Source: Eledone cirrhosa (taxonomy: Eukaryota). Taken from it: DNA of 64,000 nucleotides. The stretch is taken from contig OZ024742.1 of assembly GCA_964016885.1 (NCBI GenBank), positions 164,610,001 to 164,674,000 on the forward strand. Reading direction: 5' to 3'. The notes under the pieces were generated by a model, which saw only the letters and a list, made by a program, of their open reading frames with translations, had not been told where the DNA came from and ran no database searches. This document shows positions 40,401 through 52,400 of the stretch, one piece after another (position 1 is the first letter of the stretch; each line of letters begins with the position of its first letter). Both the position numbers and the translations under genes were made by a program.

Positions 40401-43400
40401 ATCTCCCCTTGATTTTTTTTACAAATTATCTCCCCCTGATTTTTTTTTACAAATTATCTCCCCCTGATTTTTTTTTACGAATTATCTCCCCCCGATTTTT
40501 TTTTACAAATTATCTCCGCCTGATTTTTTTTTAAAAATTATCTCCCCTTGAACGGCTGGAAATTATCTCCCCTTGGACGGCTGGAAATTATCTCCCCTTG
40601 GACGGCTAGAAATTACCTCTCCTTGGACGGCTGAAAATTATCTCCCCTTGGACGGCTGCAAATTATCTCCCCTTGATTTTTTAACAAATTATCTCCCCCT
40701 GATTTTTTTTTACAAATTATCTCCCCCTGATTTTTTTTTACAAATTATCTCCCCCTGATTTTTTTTTACAAATTATCTCCCCCTGATTTTTTTTACAAAT
40801 TATCTCCCCCTGATTTTTTTTACAATCTCCGCCTGATTTTTTAAAAAATTATCTTCCCTTGGCTGGCGGGAAATTATCTCCCCTTGGACGGCTGGAAATT
40901 ATCTCCCCTTGGACGGCTGGAAATTATCTCCCCTTGGACAGCTGGAAATTATCTGCCCTTGATTTTGTTTTTACAAATTATCTCCCCCTGATTTTTTTTA
41001 CAAATTATCTCCACCTGATTTTTTAAAAAATTATCTCCCCTTGGACGGCTGGAAATTATCTCCCCTTGATTTTTTTACAAATTATCTCCCCCTGATTTTT
41101 TTTACAAATTATCTCCCCCTGATTTTATGTTACAAATTATCTCCCCCTGATTTATTTACAAATTATCTCCCCCTGATTTTTTTTACAAATTATCTCCGCC
41201 TGATTTTTTTAAATATTATCTTCCCTTGGCTGGCGGGAAATTATCTCCCCTTGGACGGCTGGAAATTATCTCCCCTTGATTTTTTTTACAAATTATCTCC
41301 CCCTGATTTTTTTTTACAAATTATCTCCCCCTGATTTTTTTTTACAAATTATCTCCCCCTGATTTTTTTTTACAAATTATCTCCCCCTGATTTTTTTTTA
41401 CAAATCTCCCCCTGATTTTTTTATAAATTATCTCCCCTTGGCTGGCTGGAAATTATCTCCCCTTGGAGGCTGGAATTTATCTCCCCTTGGACGGCTAGAA
41501 ATTACCTCTCCTTGGATGGCTGGAAAATATGTCTCCTTGGACGGCTGGATATTATCTACCCTTGGACGGCTGGAAATTATCTCCCCTTGGACGGCTGGAA
41601 ATTATCTCCCCTTGGACGGCTAGATATTACCTCCCATTGGACGGCTGGAAATTATCTCCCCTTGATTTTTTTTACAAATTATCTCCCCCTGATTTTTTTT
41701 TACGAATTATCTCCCCCTGATTTTTTTTTACAAATTATCTCCGCCTGATTTTTTTTTTAAAATTATCTCCCCTTGAACGGCTGGAAATTATCTCCCCTTG
41801 GACGGCTGGAAATTATCTCCCCTTGGACGGCTAGAAATTACCTCTCCTTGGACGGCTGAAAATTATCTCCCCTTGGACGGCTGCAAATTATCTCCCCTTG
41901 ATTTTTTTAACAAATTATCTCCCCCTGATTTTTTTTTACAAATTATCTCCCCCTGATTTTTTTTTACAAATTATCTACGCCTAATTTTTTTTACAAATTA
42001 TCTCCCCCTGATTTTTTTTTACAAATTATCTCCCCCTGATTTTTTTTACAAATTATCTCCCCCTGATTTTTTTTACAAATTATCTCCCCCTGATTTTTTT
42101 ACAAATTATCTCCCCCCTGATTTTTTTTACAATCTCCGCCTGATTTTTTTAAAAATTATCTTCCCTTGGCTGGCGGGAAATTATCTCCCCTTGGACGGCT
42201 GGAAATTATATCCCCTTGGAAGGATGGAAATTATCTCCCCTTGGACGGCTGGAAATTATCTCCCCTTGGACGGCTGGAAATTACCTCCCCTTGGACAGCT
42301 GGAAATTATCTGCCCTTGATTTTGTTTTTACAAATTATCTCCCCCTGATTTTTTTTACAAATTATCTCCACCTGATTTTTTAAAAAATTATCTCCCCTTG
42401 GACGGCTGGAAATTATCTCCCCTTGGACGGCTGGAAATTATCTCCCCTTGATTTTTTTTACAAATTATCTCCCCCTGATTTTTTTTTACAAATTATCTCC
42501 CCCTGATTTTTTTTACAAATTATCTCCCCCTGATTTTTTTTTACAAATTATTTCCCCCTGATTTTTTTACAAATTATCTCCCCCCTGATTTTTTTTACAA
42601 TCTCCGCCTGATTTTTTTAAAAATTATCTTCCCTTGGCTGGCGGGAAATTATCTCCCCTTGGACGGCTGGAAATTATATCCCCTTGGAAGGATGGAAATT
42701 ATCTCCCCTTGGACGGCTGGAAATTATCTCCCCTTGGACGGCTGGAAATTATCTCCCCTTGGACAGCTGGAAATTATCTGCCCTTGATTTTGTTTTTACA
42801 AATTATCTCCCCCTGATTTTTTTTACAAATTATCTCCACCTGATTTTTTAAAAAATTATCTCCCCTTGGACGGCTGGAAATTATCTCCCCTTGATTTTTT
42901 TTACAAATTATCTCCCCCTGATTTTTTTTTACAAATTATCTGCCCCTGATTTTTTTTTACAAATTATCTCCCCCTGATTTTTTTTTACAAATTATCTCAC
43001 CCTGATTTTTTTTACAAATTATCTCTCCCTGATTTTTTTACAAATTATCTCCCCTTGGCTGGCTGGAAATTATCTCCCCTTGGAGGCTGGAATTTATCTC
43101 CCCTTGGACGGCTAGAAATTACCTCTCCTTGGACGGCTGGAAAATATGTCTCCTTGGACGGCTGGATATTATCTACCCTTGGACGGCTGGAAATTATCTC
43201 CCCTTGGACGGCTGGAAATTATCTCCTCTTGGACGGCTAGATATTACCTCCCCTTGGACGGCTGGAAATTATCTCCCCTTGATTTTTTTACAAATTATCT
43301 CCCCCTGATTTTTTTACAAATTATCTCCCCCTGATTTTTTTTACAAATTATCTCCGCCTAATTTTTTTAAATATTATCTTCCCTTGGCTGGCGGGAAATT

Positions 43401-44650
43401 ATCTCCCCTTGGACGGCTGAAAATTATCTCCCCTTGGACGGCTGGAAATTATCTCCCCTTGATTTTTTTTACAAATTATCTCCCCCTGATTTTTTTTTAC
43501 AAATTATCTCCCCCTGATTTTTTTTACAAATTATCTCCCCCTGATTTTTTTACAAATTATCTCCCCTTGGCTGGCTGGAAATTATCTCCCCTTGGAGGCT
43601 GGAATTTATCTCCCCTTGGACGGCTAGAAATTACCTCTCCTTGGAAGGCTGGAAAATATGTCCTTGGACGGCTGGATATTATCTACCCTTGGACGGCTGG
43701 AAATTATCTCCCCTTGGACGGCTGGAAATTATCTCCCCTTGGACGGCTAGATATTACCTCCCCTTGGACGGCTGAAAATTATCTCCCCTTGGACGGCTGG
43801 AAATTATCTCCCCTTGATTTTTTTTACAAATTATCTCCCCCTGATTATTTTTTACAAATTATCCCCTGATTTTTTTTTTACAAATTATCTCCCCCTGATT
43901 TTTTTTACAAATTATCTCCCCCTGATTTTTTTACAAATTATCTCCCCTTGGCTGGCTGGAAATTATCTCCCATTGGAGGCTGGAATTTATCTCCCCTTGG
44001 ACGGTTAGAAATTACCTCCCCTTGGACGGCTGGAAAATATGTCTCCTTGGACGGCTGGAAATTATCGCCCCTTGGACGGCTGGAAATTATCTCCCCTTGG
44101 ACGGCTGGAAATTATCTCTCATCGGACGGCTAGAAATTACCTCTCCTTGGACAGCTGAAAATTATCTCCCCTTGGACGGCTGGAAATTATCTCCCCTTGA
44201 TTTTTTTTACAAATTATCTCCCCCTGATTTTTTTTTACAAATTATCTCCCCCTGATTTTTTTTTACAAATTATCTCCCCCTGATATTTTTTACAAATTAT
44301 CTCCCCCTGATTTTTTTACAAATTATCTCCCCTTGGCTGGCTGGAAATTATCTCCCCTTGGAGGCTGGAATTTATCTCCCCTTGGACGGCTAGAAATTAC
44401 CTCGCCTTGGACGGCTGGAAAATATGTCTCCTTGGACGGCTGGAAATTATCTCCCCTTGGACGGCTGGAAATTATCTCCCCTTGGACAGCTGGAAATTAT
44501 CTCCCCTTGGACGGCTAGATATTACCTCCCCTTGGACGGCTGGAAATTATCTCCCCTTGATTTTTTTTACAAATTATCTCCCCCTGATTTTTTTTTACAA
44601 ATTATCTCCCCCTGATTTTTTTTTACGAATTATCTCCCCCCGATTTTTTT
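34490..44650 (+). repeat. Three related copies of the module that opens the window (starting ~34.5, ~39.3 and ~43.4 kb; spacings 4767 and 4077 bp)
   Basis: The 160/161-aa pseudo-ORF occurs at 34540, 39307, 43384 as well as 416 and 5823; shared markers GGAAGGCTGG, ATTATCCCCTGA, CCCATTGGAGG, CTCATCGG. Confidence 0.88.
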
Positions 44651-46429
44651 TTACAAATTATCTCCCCCTGATTTTTTTTTACAAATTATCTACGCCTAAT
44701 TTTTTTTACAAATTATCTCCCCCTGATTTTTTTTACAAATTATCTCCCCCTGATTTTTTTTACAAATTATCTCCCCCTGATTTTTTTTTACAAATTATTT
44801 CCCCCTGATTTTTTTACAAATTATCTCCCCCCTGATTTTTTTAAAAATTATCTTCCCTTGGCTGGCGGGAAATTATCTCCCCTTGGACGGCTGGAAATTA
44901 TATCCCCTTGGAGGCTGGAATTTATCTCCCCTTGGACGGCTAGAAATTACCTCGCCTTGGACGGCTGGAAAATATGTCTCCTTGGACGGCTGGAAATTAT
45001 CTCCCCTTGGACGGCTGGAAATTATCTCCCCTTGGACGGCTGTAAATTATCTCCCCTTGGACGGCTAGATATTACCTCCCCTTGGACGGCTGGAAATTAT
45101 CTCCCCTTGATTTTTTTTACAAATTATCTCCCCCTGATTTTTTTTTACAAATTATCTCCCCCTGATTTTTTTTTACGAATTATCTCCCCCTGATTTTTTT
45201 TTACAAATTATCTCCCCTTGAACGGCTGGAAATTATCTCCCCTTGGACGGCTGGAAATTATCTCCCCTTGAAAGGCTAGAAATTACCTCTCCTTGGACGG
45301 CTGAAAATTATCTCCCCTTGGACGGCTGCAAATTATCTCCCCTTGATTTTTTAACAAATTACCTCGCCTTGGACGGCTGGAAAATATGTCTCCTTGGACG
45401 GCTGGAAATTATCTCCCCTTGGACGGCTGGAAATTATCTCCCCTTGGACGGCTGGAAATTATCTCCCATTGGACGGCTAGATATTACCTCCCCTTGGACG
45501 GCTGCAAATTATCTCCCCTTGATTTTTTTAACAAATTATCTCCCCCTGATTTTTTTTTACAAATTATCTCCCCCTGATTTTTTTTTACAAATTATCTACG
45601 CCTAATTTTTTTTACAAATTATCTCCCCCTGATTTTTTTTTACAAATTATCTCCCCCTGATTTTTTTTACAAATTATCTCCCCCTGATTTTTTTTTACAA
45701 ATTATCTCCCCCTGATTTTTTTACAAATTATCTCCCCCCTGATTTTTTTTACAATCTCCGCCTGATTTTTTTAAAAATTATCTTCCCTTGGCTGGCGGGA
45801 AATTATCTCCCCTTGGACGGCTGGAAATTATATCCCCTTGGAAGGATGGAAATTATCTCCCCTTGGACGGCTGGAAATTATCTCCCCTTGGACGGCTGGA
45901 AATTATCTCCCCTTGGACAGCTGGAAATTATCTGCCCTTGATTTTGTTTTTACAAATTATCTCCCCCTGATTTTTTTTACAAATTATCTCCACCTGATTT
46001 TTTAAAAAATTATCTCCCCTTGGACGGCTGGAAATTATCTCCCCTTGATTTTTTTACAAATTATCTCCCCCTGATTTTTTTTACAAATTATCTCCCCCTG
46101 ATTTTTTTTTTACAAATTATCTCCCCCTGATTTTTTTACAAATTATCTCCCCCTGATTTTTTTTACAAATTATCTCCGCCTGATTTTTTTAAATATTATC
46201 TTCCCTTGGCTGGCGGGAAATTATCTCCCCTTGGACGGCTGAAAATTATCTCCCCTTGGACGGCTGGAAATTATCTCCCCTTGATTTTTTTTACAAATTA
46301 TCTCCCCCTGATTTTTTTTACAAATTATCTCCCCCTGATTTTTTTTTACAAATTATCTCCCCCTGATTTTTTTTTACAAATTATCTGCCCCTGATTTTTT
46401 TTACAAATTATCTCCCCCTGATTTTTTTA

Positions 46430-49400
46430 CAAATTATCTCCCCTTGGCTGGCTGGAAATTATCTCCCCTTGGAGGCTGGAATTTATCTCCCATTGGACGG
46501 CTAGAAATTACCTCTCCTTGGAAGGCTGGAAAATATTTCTCCTTGGACGGCTGGATATTATCTACCCTTGGACGGGTGGAAATTATCTCCCCTTGGACGG
46601 CTGGAAATTATCTCCCCTTGGACAGCTAGATATTACCTCCCCTTGGACGGCTGGAAATTATCTCCCCTTGATTTTTTTTACAAATTATCTCCCCCTGATT
46701 TTTTTTACAAATTATCTCCACCTGATTTTTTTACAAATTATCTCCCCCTGATTTTTTTTACAAATTATCTCCCCCTGATTTTTTTACAAATTATCTCCCC
46801 TTGGCTGGCTGGAAATTATCTCCCCTTGGAGGCTGGAATTTATCTCCCCTTGGACGGCTGGAAATTATCTCCCCTTGATTTTTTTTACAAATTATCTACC
46901 CCTGATTTTTTTTACAAATTATCTCCCCCTGATTTTTTTTACAAATTATCTCCCCCTGATTTTTTTACAAATTATCTCCCCCTGATTTTTTTACAAATTA
47001 TCTCCCCCTGATTTTTTTTTACAAATTATCTACGCCTAATTTTTTTTACAAATTATCTCCCCCTGATTTTTTTTTACAAATTATCTCCCCCTGATTTTTT
47101 TTTACAAATTATCTCCCCCTGATTTTTTTTTACAAATTATCTCCCCCTGATTTTTTTACAAATTATCTCCCCCCTGATTTTTATTACAATCTCCGCCTGA
47201 TTTTTTAAAAAATTATCTTCCCTTGGCTGGCGGGAAATTATCTTCCCTTGGACGGCTGGAAATTATATCCCCTTGGAAGGATGGAAATTATCTCCCCTTG
47301 GACGGCTGGAAATTATCTCCCCTTGGACGGCTGGAAATTATCTCCCCTTGGACAGCTGGAAATTATCTGCCCTTGATTTTGTTTTTACAAATTATCTCCC
47401 CCTGATTTTTTTTACAAATTATCTCCACCTGATTTTTTAAAAAATTATCTCCCCTTGGACGGCTGGAAATTATCTCCCCTTGGCTGGAAATTATCTCCCC
47501 TTGGACGGCTAGAAATTATCTCTCTTTGGACGGCTGGAAATTATCTGCCTTTGATTTTTTTTACAAATTATCTCCCCCTGATTTTTTTTTACAAATTATC
47601 TCACCCTGATTTTTTTTACAAATTATCTCCCTCTGATTTTTTTACAAATTATCTCCCCTTGGCTGGCTGGAAATTATCTCCCCTTGGAGGCTGGAATTTA
47701 TCTCCCCTTGGACGGCTAGAAATTACCTCTCCTTGGACGGCTGGAAAATATGTCTCCTTGGACGGCTGGATATTATCTACCCTTGGACGGCTGGAAATTA
47801 TCTCCCCTTGGACGGCTGGAAATTATCTCCCCTTGGACGGCTAGATATTACCTCCCCTTGGACGGCTGGAAATTATCTCCCCTTGATTTTTTTACAAATT
47901 ATCTCCCCCTGATTTTTTTACAAATTATCTCCCCCTGATTTTTTTTACAAATTATCTCCGCCTAATTTTTTTAAATATTATCTTCCCTTGGCTGGCGGGA
48001 AATTATCTCCCCTTGGACGGCTGAAAATTATCTCCCCTTGGACGGCTGGAAATTATCTCCCCTTGATTTTTTTTACAAATTATCTGCCCCTGATTTTTTT
48101 TTACAAATTATCTCCCCCTGATTTTTTTTACAAATTATCTCCCCCTGATTTTTTTACAAATTATCTCCCCTTGGCTGGCTGGAAATTATCTCCCCTTGGA
48201 GGCTGGAATTTATCTCCCCTTGGACGGCTAGAAATTACCTCTCCTTGGACGGCTGGAAAATATGTCCTTGGACGGCTGGATATTATCTACCCTTGGACGG
48301 CTGGAAATTATCTCCCCTTGGACGGCTGGAAATTATCTCCCCTTGGACGGCTAGATATTACCTCCCCTTGGACGGCTGGAAATTATCTCCCCTTGATTTT
48401 TTTTACAAATTATCTCCCCCTGATTTTTTTTTACAAATTATCTCCCCCTGATTTTTTTTTACAAATTATCTACCCCTGATTTTTTTTTACAAATTATCTC
48501 CCCCTGATTTTTTTTACAAATTATCTCCCCCTGATTTTTTTTTACAAATTATCTCCCCCTGATTTTTTTTTACAAATTATCTACCCCTGATTTTTTTTAC
48601 AAATTATCTCACCCTGATTTTTTTTACAAATTATCTCCCCCTGATTTTGTTTACAAATTATCTCCCCCTGATTTTTTTACAAATTATCTCCCCCTGATTT
48701 TTTTTACAAATTATCTCCGCCTAATTTTTTTAAATATTATATTCCCTTGGCTGGCGGGAAATTATCTCCCCTTGGACGGCTGAAAATTATCTCTCCTTGG
48801 ACGGCTGGAAATTATCTCCCCTTGATTTTTTTTACAAATTATCTCCCCCTGATTATTTTTTACAAATTATCTCCCCCTGATTTTTTTTTACAAATTATCT
48901 CCCCCTGATTTTTTTTACAAATTATCTCCCCCTGATTTTTTTACAAATTATCTCCCCTTGGCTGGCTGGAAATTATCTCCCCTTGGAGGCTGGAATTTAT
49001 CTCCCCTTGGACGGTTAGAAATTACCTCTCCTTGGACGGCTGGAAAATATGTCTCCTTGGACGGCTGGAAATTATCGCCCCTTGGACGGCTGGAAATTAT
49101 CTCCCCTTGGACGGCTGGAAATTATCTCTCCTCGGACGGCTAGAAATTACCTCTCCTTGGACAGCTGAAAATTATCTCCCCTTGGACGGCTGGAAATTAT
49201 CTCCCCTTGATTTTTTTTACAAATTATCTCCCCCTGATTTTTTTTTACAAATTATCTCCCCCTGATTTTTTTTTACAAATTATCTCCCCCTGATTTTTTT
49301 TTACAAATTATCTCCCCTTGGCTGGCTGGAAATTATCTCCCCTTGGAGGCTGGAATTTATCTCCCCTTAGACGGCTAGAAATTACCTCGCCTTGGACGGC

Positions 49401-52400
49401 TGGAAAATATGTCTCCTTGGACGGCTGGAAATTATCTCCCCTTGGACGGCTGGAAATTATCTCCCCTTGGACGGCTGGAAATTATCTCCCCTTGGACGGC
49501 TAGATATTACCTCCCCTTGGACGGCTGGAAATTATCTCCCCTTGATTTTTTTTACAAATTATCTCCCCCTGATTTTTTTTTACAAATTATCTCCCCCTGA
49601 TTTTTTTTTACGAATTATCTCCCCCCGATTTTTTTTTACAAATTATCTCCGCCTGATTTTTTTAAAAAAATTATCTCCCCTTGAACGGCTGGAAATTATC
49701 TCCCCTTGGACGGCTGGAAATTATCTCCCCTTGGACGGCTAGAAATTACCTCTCCTTGGACGGCTGAAAATTATCTCCCCTTGGACGGCTGCAAATTATC
49801 TCCCCTTGATTTTTTAACAAATTATCTCCCCCTGATTTTTTTTTACAAATTATCTCCCCCTGATTTTTTTTTACAAATTATCTCCCCCTGATTTTTTTAC
49901 AAATTATCTCCCCCTGATTTTTTTTACAATCTCCGCCTGATTTTTTTAAAAATTATCTTCCCTTGGCTGGCGGGAAATTATCTCCCCTTGGACGGCTGGA
50001 AATTATATCCCCTTGGAAGGATGGAAATTATCTCCCCTTGGACGGCTGGAAATTATCTCCCCTTGGACGGCTGGAAATTATCTCCCCTTGGACAGCTGGA
50101 AATTATCTGCCCTTGATTTTGTTTTTACAAATTATCTCCCCCTGATTTTTTTTACAAATTATCTCCACCTGATTTTTTAAAAAATTATCTCCCCTTGGAC
50201 GGCTGGAAATTATCTCCCCTTGATTTTTTTACAAATTATCTCCCCCTGATTTTTTTTACAAATTATCTCCCCCTGATTTTTTGTTACAAATTATCTCCCC
50301 CTGATTTTTTTAAAAATTATCTCCCCCTGATTTTTTTTACAAATTATCTCCGCCTGATTTTTTTAAATATTATCTTCCCTTGGCTGGCGGGAAATTATCT
50401 CCCCTTGGACGGCTGAAAATTATCTCCCCTTGGACGGCTGGAAATTATCTCCCCTTGATTTTTTTACAAATTATCTCCCCCTGATTTTTTTTTACAAATT
50501 ATCTCCCCCTGATTTTTTTTACAAATTATCTCCCCCTGATTTTTTTTTACAAATTATCTCCCCCTGATTTTTTTACAAATTATCTCCCCTTGGCTAGCTG
50601 GAAATTATCTCCCCTTGGAGGCTGGAATTTATCTCCCCTTGGACGGCTAGAAATTACCTCTCCTTGGACGGCTGGAAAATATGTCTCCTTGGACGGCTGG
50701 ATATTATCTACCCTTGGACGGCTGGAAATTATCTCCCCTTGGACGGCTGGAAATTATCTCCCCTTGGACGGCTAGATATTACCTCCCCTTGGACGGCTGG
50801 AAATTATCTCCCCTTGATTTTTTTTACAAATTATCTCCCCCTGATTTTTTTTTACGAATTATCTCCCCCTGATTTTTTTTTACAAATTATCTCCGCCTGA
50901 TTTTTTTTTTAAATTATCTCCCCTTGAACGGCTGGAAATTATCTCCCCTTGGACGGCTGGAAATTATCTCCCCTTGGACGGCTAGAAATTACCTCTCCTT
51001 GGACGGCTGAAAATTATCTCCCCTTGGACGGCTGCAAATTATCTCCCCTTGATTTTTTTAACAAATTATCTCCCCCTGATTTTTTTTTACAAATTATCTC
51101 CCCCTGATTTTTTTTTACAAATTATCTACGCCTAATTTTTTTTACAAATTATCTCCCCCTGATTTTTTTTTACAAATTATCTCCCCCTGATTTTTTTTAC
51201 AAATTATCTCCCCCTGATTTTTTTTTACAAATTATCTCCCCCTGATTTTTTTACAAATTATCTCCCCCCTGAATTTTTTTACAATCTCCGCCTGATTTTT
51301 TAAAAAATTATCTTCCCTTGGCTGGCAGGAAATTATCTCCCCTTGGTCGGCTGGAAATTATATCCCCTTGGAAGGATGGAAATTATCTCCCCTTGGACGG
51401 CTGGAAATTATCTCCCCTTGGACGGCTGGAAATTACCTCCCCTTGGACAGCTGGAAATTATCTGCCCTTGATTTTGTTTTTACAAATTATCTCCCCCTGA
51501 TTTTTTTTACAAATTATCTCCACCTGATTTTTTAAAAAATTATCTCCCCTTGATTTTTTTACAAATTATCTCCCCCTGATTTTTTTTACAAATTATCTCC
51601 CCCTGATTTTTTTTTTACAAATTATCTCCCCCTGATTTTTTTACAAATTATCTCCCCCTGATTTTTTTTACAAATTATCTCCGCCTGATTTTTTTTACAA
51701 ATTATCTCCCCTTGGCTGGCTGGAAATTATCTCCCCTTGGAGGCTGGAATTTATCTCCCCTTGGACGGCTAGAAATTACCTCTCCTTGGACGGCTGGAAA
51801 ATATGTCCTTGGACGGCTGGATATTATCTACCCTTGGACGGCTGGAAATTATCTCCCCTTGGACGGCTGGAAATTATCTCCCCTTGGAGGCTGGAATTTA
51901 TCTCCCCTTGGACGGCTAGAAATTACCTCTCCTTGGACGGCTGGAAAATATGTCCTTGGACGGCTGGATATTACCTCCCCTTGGACGGCTGGAAATTATC
52001 TCCCCTTGATTTTTTTTACAAATTATCTCCCCCTGATTTTTTTTACAAATCTAATGATTTTAAAAAAAAAATTATCTCCCCTTCGCTGGCTGGAAATTAT
52101 CTCCCCTTCGCTGGCTGGAAATTATCTCCCCTTGGACGCTGGAAATTATAGCCCCTTGGAGGGCTGGAAATTATCTTCCCTTGGACGGCTGGAAATTATC
52201 TCCCCTTGGCTCGAAATTATCTCCCCTTGGACGGCTAGAAATTATCTCTCTTTGGACGGCTGGAAATTATCTCCCTTTGATTTTTTTTACAAATTATCTC
52301 CCCCTGATTTTTTTTACAAATCTCCCCCTGATTTTTTAAAAAAAATTATCTCCCCTTCGCTGGCTGGAAATTATCTCCCCTTGGACACTGGAAATTATAG

